58,872 nt of DNA, taken from the IMG/VR virus record IMGVR_UViG_3300033997_000206, positions 1 to 58,872 of that record; one strand, given 5' to 3'. The notes below the pieces were generated by a model. That model was not told the DNA's origin. It saw only the letters and a program-made list of their open reading frames with translations, and searched no databases. Each line of letters starts with the position of its first letter. Positions within the stretch are counted from its first letter, which is position 1. This document shows positions 32,383 to 41,335 of this stretch, one piece after another. The position numbers and the translations under genes were made by a program. This DNA comes from a virus (lineage: Duplodnaviria; Caudoviricetes).

Positions 32383-33156
32383 ATGCCTTTTGACTTCGAC
32401 CCGGCCGCCCACGGCCTCACCCTCGACGAAACCCAAACCACCGCGCTGAAAGCAGTGCTGGGCGGCGAGGTACAGAAATTCTTGGACAGTGAGGTCTCGG
32501 GCCTTAAGTCCAAAAACGCCGAGCTGATCGGCTCCAACAAGACCATCAAAGCCGAACTGGACAAGTTGAAAGGTCAGTTCGACGGCCTGGATATCGAAGC
32601 GGTCAAGGGCCTGCTGGCCAAGGCAGGTCAGGACGAAGAGACCAAGCTGATCGCGGAGGGCAAGCTGGACGAGGTTATCAGCCGCCGCACCGAGCGCCTG
32701 CGCACCGATCTGGACAAGCAGGTCAAGGCGGCCAACGAGCGTGCGGACAAGGCCGAAGCCTTCGCAGCCAAGTACAGCGATAAGGTGCTGGCCGACTCCA
32801 TCCGCGCTGCCGCCATCAAGGCCGGCGCGCTGCCCGAGGCTGCCGAGGACATCATCCTCCGCGCCCGCGGCACCTTCAAATTGAGCGAAGACGGCGAGCC
32901 CGTTGCCACCGACTGTGCCGGCGAAGTCGTGTACGGGAAGGACGGCAAGACCCCGCTGTCTCCCCTCGAATGGGCGGAATCGCTGCGCGAGACCGCTACT
33001 CACCTGTGGCCAAGGGCTCAGGGTGCCGGGCAGACCGGCGACAACGGTGGCAAGGCCACGAAGAAATGGGGCGAGTACACCGAGACCGAGCGTGCAGCGA
33101 TGGCTCGTGACAACCCCGACGCTTTCAAAAAACTCCAAGCCACCCGAGGAACCTAA
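32383..33156 (+). CDS. Capsid scaffolding protein
   Basis: Coiled-coil protein (GLKSKNAELI) directly upstream of the capsid gene. Confidence 0.8.
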   Translation: MPFDFDPAAHGLTLDETQTTALKAVLGGEVQKFLDSEVSGLKSKNAELIGSNKTIKAELDKLKGQFDGLDIEAVKGLLAKAGQDEETKLIAEGKLDEVISRRTERLRTDLDKQVKAANERADKAEAFAAKYSDKVLADSIRAAAIKAGALPEAAEDIILRARGTFKLSEDGEPVATDCAGEVVYGKDGKTPLSPLEWAESLRETATHLWPRAQGAGQTGDNGGKATKKWGEYTETERAAMARDNPDAFKKLQATRGT

Positions 33157-33159
33157 CCC

Positions 33160-34137
33160 ATGGCATCTACCCAACTGTCGGACATCTTCGTCGCCGACTA
33201 CTACGGCACTCTGGAGCCGGTGAACTCTCCGGAAAAGACCGCCGTCTACGAGTCGGGCATCATCACCCGCTCGGCCACCTTGGACAACATCGCCAAGAAT
33301 GGCCAGGGCACCTCCGAGATCAGCTACTGGCAGGATCTCGACGCCGACGAGGCGCCGAACATCTCCAACGATGACCCCGACGACCTGGGCGCCGTTGGCA
33401 AGGCCGAGCAGGGCAGCATGCGCGCTCGGACCCTGTATCTCAACAAGGGCTACGGCGTCTCCGACCTGACTGCTGAGCTGGCCAACTCCGAGCCGATGCA
33501 ACACATCCGCAACCGCTTCGGCACGTACTGGACCCGCCAGTGGCAGCGCTACCTGATGGGCGCCGGCCGCGGCATCATCGCCGCCAACATCGCCCAGAAC
33601 GGCGGCGACATGGTCAAGGACTCGGGCGCCTCGATCAGTGCCAATGCCTTCCAAGACGCCGCCTTTACCGCTGGTGACGCAGCCGACATGTTCGCCGCCA
33701 TCGGCGTGCACTCGGTCGTCATGAACCAGATGGTGAAGCAGGACATGATCGAGTACCTGCGCGACTCGCAAGGCAAGATCATCCTGGCGACTTACCTGGG
33801 CAAGCCTGTGTTCATGGATGACGCCCTGACCTACGCGCCGGGCCAGTACCTGTCGCTGTTCTTCGGTCAGGGGGCATTCGGCTACGGCGAGGGCGACCCG
33901 CACATGCCTGTCGAGATGCAGCGCAAGGCTGATGGCGGCAACGGTGGTGGCGCCGAGGTTCTTTGGGAGCGCAAGACTTACATCCTGCAGCCGGCTGGCT
34001 TCAGCTGGCAGGGCAGCGAGAACCGCAACCTCAGCCCGACCGCCGCCCAGTACGCTGCAGCAGCGAACTGGAAGCGCGTTTTCGACCGCAAGCAGGTTCC
34101 GTTCGCCGCGGTCATCAGTGGCACCGCCACCCCTTGA
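33160..34137 (+). CDS. Major capsid protein
   Basis: MASTQLSDIF start; position, size and strongly biased codons; NWKRVFDRKQVP end. Confidence 0.88.
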   Translation: MASTQLSDIFVADYYGTLEPVNSPEKTAVYESGIITRSATLDNIAKNGQGTSEISYWQDLDADEAPNISNDDPDDLGAVGKAEQGSMRARTLYLNKGYGVSDLTAELANSEPMQHIRNRFGTYWTRQWQRYLMGAGRGIIAANIAQNGGDMVKDSGASISANAFQDAAFTAGDAADMFAAIGVHSVVMNQMVKQDMIEYLRDSQGKIILATYLGKPVFMDDALTYAPGQYLSLFFGQGAFGYGEGDPHMPVEMQRKADGGNGGGAEVLWERKTYILQPAGFSWQGSENRNLSPTAAQYAAAANWKRVFDRKQVPFAAVISGTATP

Positions 34138-34184
34138 GCCCATGATGCGGGGCGCCGGCCTGGCGCCCTGCACAGGAGATCAGC

Positions 34185-34625
34185 ATGAAAGTCATCTACA
34201 CCAACACCCCGGGCAGCGAGCGCGACACCTGCTATCGACGCCTGGACCAGTTCTTCGGCGTGATCGACGGCGCCACCTCGGTGTCCGTGCAGGGCGAGGC
34301 TCCGCACATCGGCGAGGCTTACCAGCGCCAGGGCATCAGCGTGAGCGAGATCGAGGAAGGTCTGCGCCTGGACGGGCCGACTATCTCTCAGTGGCTGGAG
34401 CAGGGCTACAAGGCATCTGCCTACCCTCCTGCAGGCTATGCCGCCACCAGCACTGCGGCAGAGATCGCCAAGGCGCTGGAGGAGGAGGGTGACGGCGATC
34501 CCGAAACCGACCCGCACAAGATGAAGGTGCCGGAGCTCAAGGAGTGGCTGACAGCGCAAGGCATCACCTTCGACCCAGTCCTCAACAAGCCCGATCTGCA
34601 GGCCCTGATCCCGTCGAAGGAATAA
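34185..34625 (+). CDS. Head-region protein with C-terminal HeH/LEM-like domain
   Basis: MKVPELKEWLTAQGI.F.....KPDLQALI. Confidence 0.75.
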   Translation: MKVIYTNTPGSERDTCYRRLDQFFGVIDGATSVSVQGEAPHIGEAYQRQGISVSEIEEGLRLDGPTISQWLEQGYKASAYPPAGYAATSTAAEIAKALEEEGDGDPETDPHKMKVPELKEWLTAQGITFDPVLNKPDLQALIPSKE

Positions 34626-34628
34626 GCC

Positions 34629-35006
34629 ATGACCGACTTCATCACCGTCGCTGATGTTGACCAGGAGCTCGGGCAGGGCTGGGCAGGAGACGGTGATGCG
34701 GTCCTCGCCGTTGCCATGGCCAATGCCTGGCTCACGGCCAAGATCAAGCGGCCGGTGCCAGATCCGGTGCCTGACGCCATCGCGAGCGCCGGAGCGCAGG
34801 TGGCCAAGCTGGCTGCAGCCGGCAAGCTGTACAAGGACACACAGCGCGAGGTGCAGAGCAAGACCGTGTCGGCCCAGTCAGGTACTTCGACCAGCAAGAC
34901 CTACGTTGCGGGGTCTGTCGATCGCTCGACCGGCGAGAACTTCGCTCTCGACCTCATCGCACCATGGGCCCGTCGCGCCGGCACCATAATGCTCAAGAGG
35001 ATCTGA
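34629..35006 (+). CDS. Head-tail adaptor
   Basis: Position; ITVADVD...VPDAI..A...VA pattern. Confidence 0.7.
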   Translation: MTDFITVADVDQELGQGWAGDGDAVLAVAMANAWLTAKIKRPVPDPVPDAIASAGAQVAKLAAAGKLYKDTQREVQSKTVSAQSGTSTSKTYVAGSVDRSTGENFALDLIAPWARRAGTIMLKRI

Positions 35007-35009
35007 CCC

Positions 35010-35402
35010 ATGGGCATGCGTGAAGAACTTCAGGCCGAGCTGGCGGAAGCGTTCGATGATCCAGACGGCCTTGCCGACGCGGTGAAGCCCGTAGCCGGGA
35101 GCCGCACGGTTAAGGGCGGATATGACCCCGAGATCGGCGGCACCGTCCCGGCCTCTACCACTTACTACGCCGGTCGAGGCGTGTTCGGCAGCTACCTGGC
35201 CAAGGAAATCGATGGCACGCGCATCCAGACCGAGGACGTGAAGCTCCTGGTCCTCCAGAACGAACTGTTCGAGGGCCAGGCAGGCGCTGTAACCGATGTC
35301 CCAGCGCTGCCCAAGATCGGCGACCAGGTGAGCGGCTACCGCGCACTTAACGTGTCTCAGGACCCTGCCCAAGCGACTTGGACCGTCCAGCTGAGGAAAT
35401 GA
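35010..35402 (+). CDS. Head closure protein
   Basis: Position; YDP..G, PKIGD, DPA.ATW.VQLR. Confidence 0.7.
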   Translation: MGMREELQAELAEAFDDPDGLADAVKPVAGSRTVKGGYDPEIGGTVPASTTYYAGRGVFGSYLAKEIDGTRIQTEDVKLLVLQNELFEGQAGAVTDVPALPKIGDQVSGYRALNVSQDPAQATWTVQLRK

Positions 35403-35403
35403 T

Positions 35404-36078
35404 ATGGCGCGCGGCTCACACATGGCCCAGCGATACGGTGGACAGCAGGGTGGCTTCGCTGAGGCAATTCGGGCATTCGCCGAGCAGGCGGAGCAAGCCC
35501 TGGACGCCACCTTCCGCGAGATCGTGATCGAAATCGGCAGTAGCGTCATCCGCATGTCGCCGGTAGGCAATCCCGAGCTCTGGGCGGCCAACGTTGCACA
35601 CCGGGCAAAGGCGACTAGGGCTGCCGATGACTACGACTTCAAGGTCGCGGTACGCAACACACTGATCAACTTGAACCAGGAAAACTTCACCAAGGCCGGC
35701 AATCTGCGCAAAGGCGTGAAGTATGCCAAGCCCCTCACCAAGACCGAGCGCGAGCAGAACTTCGCCACCAATGGCCTGGTAGCAGGCCAGGGCTATGTCG
35801 GTGGGCGGTTCCGGGGTAACTGGCAGTTCTCCATCGACTCGCCTGCGACCGAAGAGCTAGACCGTATCGACCCATCGGGCAGCGAAGCCATGACCGCGCT
35901 CATCACTCAGGTGCAGGCGCTGACCATCGGCCAGACAGCCTACATCGTGAACAACCTGGCGTACGCGGTGCCGCTGGAATACGGCCACTCAACCCAGGCC
36001 CCGGCCGGCATGGTCAGGGTTACCCTGGCCAACTTCCAACGGATCGTTGACGAAGCCATCAGGAACAACAGCGTATGA
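35404..36078 (+). CDS. HK97 gp10-like neck/tail completion protein
   Basis: SPVG...GRFRGNWQ, NNLAYAVPLEYGHSTQAPAGMVR. Confidence 0.85.
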   Translation: MARGSHMAQRYGGQQGGFAEAIRAFAEQAEQALDATFREIVIEIGSSVIRMSPVGNPELWAANVAHRAKATRAADDYDFKVAVRNTLINLNQENFTKAGNLRKGVKYAKPLTKTEREQNFATNGLVAGQGYVGGRFRGNWQFSIDSPATEELDRIDPSGSEAMTALITQVQALTIGQTAYIVNNLAYAVPLEYGHSTQAPAGMVRVTLANFQRIVDEAIRNNSV

Positions 36079-36503
36079 GCCATGCACGTGCCCGTCAGGC
36101 CATCGAGATCAAACTGGCGGCCTGGGCTTCTGCCCGACCCATAAGGGTGGCGAACTTCGAGCAGGCTTTCGAGCCAGGCCCCGACGAAACCTACCTGCGC
36201 GCCTTTCTGCTCCCGGCCAGCGCCACCTGCCGCTACTTGGGCGGTGAGGCCTACGAGTACACCGGCATCTACCAGGTCAGCATCACCTGCCCGGCAGGCC
36301 AGGCGCTGGCGACTGCTGAGGCCGTGATTGATGAGCTCACCAGTATCTTCCGTGTCGACAGCGAGCTGAGCCGCAACGGCTTCGAAGGCCTGGTCGTCGA
36401 GCCGGTAGAGCAGAGCCCCACCATCCCCGAGCCGTCGACTTACACAGTCCCGGCCAGCTTCACCTACCGCGGCATCGCGGACCAACCGCCCGCTGGGGCA
36501 TAA
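36075..36503 (+). CDS. Tail terminator-like protein
   Basis: Immediately upstream of the tail tube gene; GIYQVSI..P.G pattern. Confidence 0.75.
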   Translation: MSHARARQAIEIKLAAWASARPIRVANFEQAFEPGPDETYLRAFLLPASATCRYLGGEAYEYTGIYQVSITCPAGQALATAEAVIDELTSIFRVDSELSRNGFEGLVVEPVEQSPTIPEPSTYTVPASFTYRGIADQPPAGA

Positions 36504-36539
36504 CACCGCCGCCCGGCGGGCTACCAAGAGGAAACACAC

Positions 36540-37193
36540 ATGGCCGCACGCATCCCGCTGCCCAACGGTTCTGTGCTGGAGATCGCCAGCACCCTGGGCA
36601 CCGCTGTGCCTTTCACTGCCCTGACCAATGCCAAGCCGCCAGTGGCGAGCGCGGTAGGCCACAGTATCGATGCCGACGACATTCTGCTGATCAGCTCCGG
36701 CTGGGCTCTCATCAACGACCGCACCGCCAAGGCCGCCAACGTCACCACCGACGCGTTCTCGCTGGCGGGCCTGGACACCACCAACACCGACCGGTACACC
36801 GTAGGTGCCGGCGTTGGCTCGGTTGTCCCGGTGTCGGGCTGGACGCAGATCTCGAAAGTGACAGGCTTCACGGTCTCCGGCGGCGAGCAGCAGTTCCTCA
36901 CGGTCGGCTACCTCGAGAACGACGACGATCTGCAGTTCCCCACCAACCGCAACCCGATCAGCGTGTCGGTGACGGTCGAGGACCAGCCGACCGCGTTGTA
37001 CGTCCCGGTCGTGGAGGGCTACGACGATTCCAAAGAGCTAACGGTGATCCGCCTCAAGCTTCCGGGCGGCGGTCAGATCCTGATGCCTGGCTACGTCAGC
37101 ATCACCAGCACGCCGACCATGGAGCGGAACCAGCTGATGACCCGAACCATCTCCGTAGGCCTGTCTGGCCGTCCGACCCGTTACAGCGCCTAA
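36540..37193 (+). CDS. Major tail (tube) protein
   Basis: LPNGS start, SGGEQQF; position before the chaperones. Confidence 0.85.
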   Translation: MAARIPLPNGSVLEIASTLGTAVPFTALTNAKPPVASAVGHSIDADDILLISSGWALINDRTAKAANVTTDAFSLAGLDTTNTDRYTVGAGVGSVVPVSGWTQISKVTGFTVSGGEQQFLTVGYLENDDDLQFPTNRNPISVSVTVEDQPTALYVPVVEGYDDSKELTVIRLKLPGGGQILMPGYVSITSTPTMERNQLMTRTISVGLSGRPTRYSA

Positions 37194-37202
37194 GGAGAGC
37201 CC

Positions 37203-37586
37203 ATGGCGAGGATCAAGATCGCGCAGAACCCGACCTTCACTGCGGTTGTGCAGGTGCCGCGTATCGGCGGCGAGCCGGTGCCGGTTGAGTTCCAGTTCCG
37301 GTACATGGACCGTGTGACACTGGCCGGCATGTTCGACCGCTGGAACAAAGCGCGCGACACCTGGGCAGAAAAGGCCCAGAAGGATGGCGTGAGCTGGGAG
37401 GAGGTCACTGCCGGTGAAATCACCCTGCAGGCCGAGCAGCTGGGCGAGATCATCACCGGCTGGGATCTGGAGGACGAGTTCAGCCAGGAGGCAATCGTCG
37501 AACTCGTGCGCACCTGCACCGGCGCGCCGAAGGCAGTGACCGATGCCTACCAGGCGGCCTACAGCCCGGCCCGCTTGGGAAACTGA
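37203..37586 (+). CDS. Tail assembly chaperone (G-like)
   Basis: NPTF.A.V..P, GWDLEDEF; ends in a slippery site. Confidence 0.85.
   Translation: MARIKIAQNPTFTAVVQVPRIGGEPVPVEFQFRYMDRVTLAGMFDRWNKARDTWAEKAQKDGVSWEEVTAGEITLQAEQLGEIITGWDLEDEFSQEAIVELVRTCTGAPKAVTDAYQAAYSPARLGN
37577..37583 (+). other. -1 ribosomal frameshift site G GGA AAC
   Basis: XXXYYYZ heptamer just before the stop; the -1 frame is open to 37900. Confidence 0.8.
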
Positions 37587-37900
37587 GGGCGGCGGCTCGG
37601 GCGCTGTATGAGCGCGGCCCGTCCGCCGAGCAGTTAGCGGCCATTGGTTTGACCCTGGCCGACCTCCCTGAGGAAGTGGTGGAGGTTTGGCCAGATGCTT
37701 GGCCGTCCCTCCTGGTATTTGAGGCATTGGGCACGCAGTGGCGCTTGGGGCAGGGCGGACCTTCGGGATTGGACTACACAGCCATCCCCGCGGTCGCGTC
37801 GATGCTCGGAATCAAGCGCCGAGAGCTCACCGAAATTTTCCCCGATCTCCGCATTATGGAGCACGAAGCTCTGGCCTTGATGGCTGAGGCGGCGGAGTAG
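37583..37900 (+). CDS. Tail chaperone frameshift extension (T-like, DUF1799-type)
   Basis: EVWPDAW...F..L.TQWR.G..G..GLDY...LRIMEHEAL. Confidence 0.8.
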   Translation: MRAAARALYERGPSAEQLAAIGLTLADLPEEVVEVWPDAWPSLLVFEALGTQWRLGQGGPSGLDYTAIPAVASMLGIKRRELTEIFPDLRIMEHEALALMAEAAE

Positions 37901-37937
37901 GGCAACGACTGACGCGGCTAGGCCGCAGGAGAGGGAT

Positions 37938-38147
37938 ATGAGCAAAGAAGTACAGGTGACGCACTATCGCACCGAACGCTTTACGCTGACCAAGGAGGAG
38001 CTGATGGAGGCGCTGCGGGAAAAGTACGGTGACGAGCCAATCTTTTCAAACGGGCAAATCGACATGGTGACTCACCAGCAGCTGTTCCAGCCCACTGATG
38101 AGACACAGATCTACTTCAAGGAGGCCCTGCCTGGGCATACCGGCTAG
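37938..38147 (+). CDS. Hypothetical protein
   Basis: AGGAGAGGG RBS; 69 aa. Confidence 0.6.
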   Translation: MSKEVQVTHYRTERFTLTKEELMEALREKYGDEPIFSNGQIDMVTHQQLFQPTDETQIYFKEALPGHTG

Positions 38148-38338
38148 AAGGGGATCTTTATTTCGGCGTCGTTCAGGGCGCGCTCGAGGTTCTGAATTCG
38201 GCGCTCCATGTTGTTGGTCACAGCTCTGAATGCCTGCACAACAGTGTTCAGCTCTGGCGGCACCTTACCATTCACAGCTTTGTTGGCGATGTCCTGCAGA
38301 GCTTTATCCAGATTTTCAATTGCGATGTGATCTCGCAT
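38144..38338 (-). CDS. Hypothetical helical protein
   Basis: GGAGG RBS; 64 aa. Confidence 0.65.
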   Translation of the reverse strand: MRDHIAIENLDKALQDIANKAVNGKVPPELNTVVQAFRAVTNNMERRIQNLERALNDAEIKIPF

Positions 38339-38653
38339 ATCGACCTCCTAGGCCTCAATGCCCCAGTCCATGGGCTTTCCGGCAACGGACCGGGGCGGTT
38401 CGTTGGGAGGCACAACGCTACTACGCCCCGGCCAGGGCCACGTACTGGCTTTCCGTCCAGGGTGGAAGGGTGGACAGGAACAATCCGCTTCGCTTGCATT
38501 AGCGGCCTCCAGTGGAAGCATGAGCAGCACTATAGGAAGCCGTTCCGACTGTCGGTTCGCTGAGATTTTTTGGCGCCAAAGTCTTGTGCGCGTACCTCAC
38601 AGCGCTATGGTGGGAGAGCACTCACACATAGACCAAAGTCAAAGGAGGACGGC

Positions 38654-38947
38654 ATGAAGATACGTGGGGACGTGTTTTGGAAATGGGCTGATCCCACCTT
38701 GCACCACCGGGATCACGATGAAATGCTCGACGATGGAACCTCAATAGAAGTTGAGGTACGGCTGTCGCGAACGGGTAGCACACAGTTGTTTTTCGGAGTT
38801 TATGGCCCCACCGGGCAAGCGGTGCACGAGGAAGCCTTTGATTCTCGACCTGGTGAGACCATGACTCGAGCTCTTGCCTGGGGCGTAGGTCGTGCCAGGC
38901 AGATCGCCGTTGAAGGTCCGACTAAGAAAGTCGCGGCCTGTGTTTGA
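38654..38947 (+). CDS. Hypothetical protein, paralogue of 4050-4352
   Basis: AAGGAGG RBS; clear similarity to 4050-4352. Confidence 0.8.
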   Translation: MKIRGDVFWKWADPTLHHRDHDEMLDDGTSIEVEVRLSRTGSTQLFFGVYGPTGQAVHEEAFDSRPGETMTRALAWGVGRARQIAVEGPTKKVAACV

Positions 38948-38966
38948 CAGCCGAGGGCAAGAAATT

Positions 38967-38992
38967 AAGCCCAGCCATGCGCTGGGCTTTTC
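38967..38992. terminator. Terminator between convergent genes
   Basis: AAGCCCAGC-CATGC-GCTGGGCTTTT. Confidence 0.75.
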
Positions 38993-39003
38993 ACGTCCGA
39001 AGG

Positions 39004-39558
39004 TCAGTAGCCAGCCGGCTGGTCAGTGAGCCCTAAAGAGGCCAACACGAAGTCAGCACGCTCGGCCACGCAAACTTTGGGCACCAGCGATACCGAATAG
39101 CCTAGAGAAGGATAAGTTGTCTGGAGCCGTTCATATTCACGCAGAGCGGCAGTCATGTCGTGGCGACGCTCATCGTCCTGCACGTAGATTTCAGGCCATG
39201 GGGGCGTTAGGAAAACGTGTGAATGGTAGCGATTCTGCTGACGTAGTTTGTCGAGTAGGGGCTCATCGGTCAGCGCTTGAAGGGCCGCAGCTGCATCAAC
39301 TAGACCCCGATCGAAGAACACCCAGTGAGAACCGCAGGCTGGTGCATTGGCATAGTCATCCAGAGCTACATTGATTGCGCGCCGCAAGAAGGCCTCCATG
39401 TCGAGCCATGGCAACGCTTGTCCTCCAGTATGTATTTGCTCTTGCACGACGCGCCGCCCCGGCTCTTCGATCACGGCGTATCCGCGTCGCTGAAGCTCGG
39501 AGAGAAGCGTGGATTTGCCTCCGCCTGAGCAGCCGGAAATGATGACAAAATTGCTCAT
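39004..39558 (-). CDS. P-loop NTPase/kinase-like protein (AAA_28/NadR-type)
   Basis: ISGCSGGGKST, EPGR, FFDRGLVD, PPWPEIY..D.ER. Confidence 0.88.
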   Translation of the reverse strand: MSNFVIISGCSGGGKSTLLSELQRRGYAVIEEPGRRVVQEQIHTGGQALPWLDMEAFLRRAINVALDDYANAPACGSHWVFFDRGLVDAAAALQALTDEPLLDKLRQQNRYHSHVFLTPPWPEIYVQDDERRHDMTAALREYERLQTTYPSLGYSVSLVPKVCVAERADFVLASLGLTDQPAGY

Positions 39559-39729
39559 TATGATGTGCCCATCCTCTACGAATGATTGCTGTGACAGATC
39601 ACGGTTTAGCACGCCAGCGTATAGCTAATCGGTGCCGCTGTTTCACCCCCCAGGGATCACCAATTCCGAATGAATTTTTTGGTTCAATTTGTACTCCATC
39701 AGCCGTGGACTGAGAAAGGAGATGGCTTG

Positions 39730-40014
39730 ATGGCAGGGCAGCAGTTGTATGTGATCGAGTATGAGTTCCGCGGTGAGTACCGCACCTTCATAATCCGACT
39801 TGAACGGATGGACAATGTTGAGGCGTGGCACTGGGCGAGCTGTGATGCTGGAGTGGGTATAATCCCGCGCTTTGGTCAGCACAAGATCAAGAAGGTCAGC
39901 CGTCCTATGGCTGAGCGTTACGGAATTACTAATGTGCGGTGGCGGGCAGCTGGTGATGGCCCGGAGTTTGTCGCACCCGCTATCGATACGAAAAAATTCA
40001 GCAGCGCTGATTAA
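39730..40014 (+). CDS. Conserved hypothetical protein (DUF6555-like)
   Basis: MDNVEAWHWASCDAG.G.I..F.....KK.S.P.AER.GI..V.W; family name recalled, not searched. Confidence 0.65.
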   Translation: MAGQQLYVIEYEFRGEYRTFIIRLERMDNVEAWHWASCDAGVGIIPRFGQHKIKKVSRPMAERYGITNVRWRAAGDGPEFVAPAIDTKKFSSAD

Positions 40015-40230
40015 AGTTCGGGCTGACGGCGCCGGGGCGTTTCGGCGCCCTGGAAGTCACCTTTGGGTAGAGACAGTCGTCGTTTACCGTCCGCCGCTGT
40101 GGCTATTTGGCCGTTATCCGACCTGCCACAGAAGCATTATCGCGCATTCGCGAAATTGCCGCTTAGGCAAAGCTTGACAGTCCGCTTCATTGTTTGGGTC
40201 ATCAGCGATGCATTGCCATGTACAGAGCTT

Positions 40231-40461
40231 TTAATTTGGGCCGTTGTTTTTTTCACGTACCACTCTGACTGCGCCGGTTAATTCTGCCTCGGCATCAGCC
40301 GTAGATTCGTCAGCTACCCATCCCCAGTTTGGACTAAGTGACAGACCTGCAATTGCCTTCAGGCGCATATCGTCTGCGGTGATTCCGTATTGTTCAGACG
40401 CTGACAGCGCTGCATACAACGCTTGTTCTAAGGCGGCGATACGCTTGGACTCGGCGCTCAT
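40231..40461 (-). CDS. Hypothetical protein
   Basis: AAGGAAGGAG RBS; 76 aa. Confidence 0.65.
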   Translation of the reverse strand: MSAESKRIAALEQALYAALSASEQYGITADDMRLKAIAGLSLSPNWGWVADESTADAEAELTGAVRVVREKNNGPN

Positions 40462-40592
40462 GCTTCGTACTCCTTCCTTTCTGAAGCACGTTACTGCGCC
40501 CCATATCTCTGGGGACTATACGCCCTGCAGGTGGTGCGGAAGGGAAAACAAATGCCCGACGGCTGGCGCTTGGCTTCGGTCCGTGTTTGTGG

Positions 40593-40787
40593 TCACCCCT
40601 GACCCCGCCGCGCCCACGCATAGTGTTCCCATAGCGCGCTCGTGTGGAAAGCCCGCATCAGATGCATGTTTCGTAGCTCTTCGATTTTGGCAATGGCCTC
40701 GGCCCGATCCCTGGCGCGGATCGCATCCACAGCTTCCGCCCAGTGCTCCAGCGCCTCGGCAAATCTCCGCTTCTCATCGTCGGGCAT
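40593..40787 (-). CDS. Hypothetical protein
   Basis: MPDDEKRRF..; GAAGGG RBS; preceded by an early-operon-like linker. Confidence 0.5.
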   Translation of the reverse strand: MPDDEKRRFAEALEHWAEAVDAIRARDRAEAIAKIEELRNMHLMRAFHTSALWEHYAWARRGQG

Positions 40788-40924
40788 CTTCGCACCCTTC
40801 ATGTGAGTGGTTGGGGAGGGTAAGGGTAGACCAAATGGGCGTGATGGCGGATGGCGCTTGTCGGCGAGCGCCGGCGGTGGACGGGCTGTGGTAGATTGCC
40901 CTCATTAACAAGGAGTGGTCTGCT

Positions 40925-41278
40925 ATGTCCAGCGATTCAAGCCCGGTACTTGGGTTTCTTCTTCTAGCTCTGGTGGTTGTGGTGTATTTCGTTCCAACCA
41001 TCGTTGCAGGGAAGAGGGGGCACCCAAATGGAACCCCCATTTTCCTTCTAAACCTCTTCCTGGGGTGGACTGCTTTAGGCTGGCTTGCAGCCTTGATATG
41101 GTCGGCATCAGCTATCGCTGATCACGCTGCTCCAGTTACTTCACCACTCCAAACCACTGACCCGGCGACAGATGATGAGCCGTACCTGAAGCTTGAAAAG
41201 CTTGCTGATCTGAAGGAGCGAGGACACCTCACCGCTGAGGAGTTCGAGGTCGAGAAAGCCAAAATCCTGAAAACTTGA
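40925..41278 (+). CDS. Superinfection immunity protein (T4 Imm-like) with C-terminal SHOCT domain
   Basis: YFVPTIVA..R.HPN...IFLLNLFLGWT.LGW.AALIWS; LEKLADLKERG.LT.EEFE..KAKIL. Confidence 0.9.
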   Translation: MSSDSSPVLGFLLLALVVVVYFVPTIVAGKRGHPNGTPIFLLNLFLGWTALGWLAALIWSASAIADHAAPVTSPLQTTDPATDDEPYLKLEKLADLKERGHLTAEEFEVEKAKILKT

Positions 41279-41296
41279 TTAGACCACAATCGAACC

Positions 41297-41320
41297 AACC
41301 CGCTTCGGCGGGTTTTTTTA
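41297..41320 (+). terminator. Intrinsic terminator
   Basis: AACCCGC-TTCG-GCGGGTTTTTT. Confidence 0.85.
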
Positions 41321-41335
41321 TGCCCGGAGAAATGC

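Noticed and set aside
32152-34173. Long antisense ORFs (673 aa here; also 29119-30633, 30518-31582, 47967-49181, 19986-20978)
   Set aside because: Shadows of high-GC coding genes on the opposite strand, with no RBS or motifs
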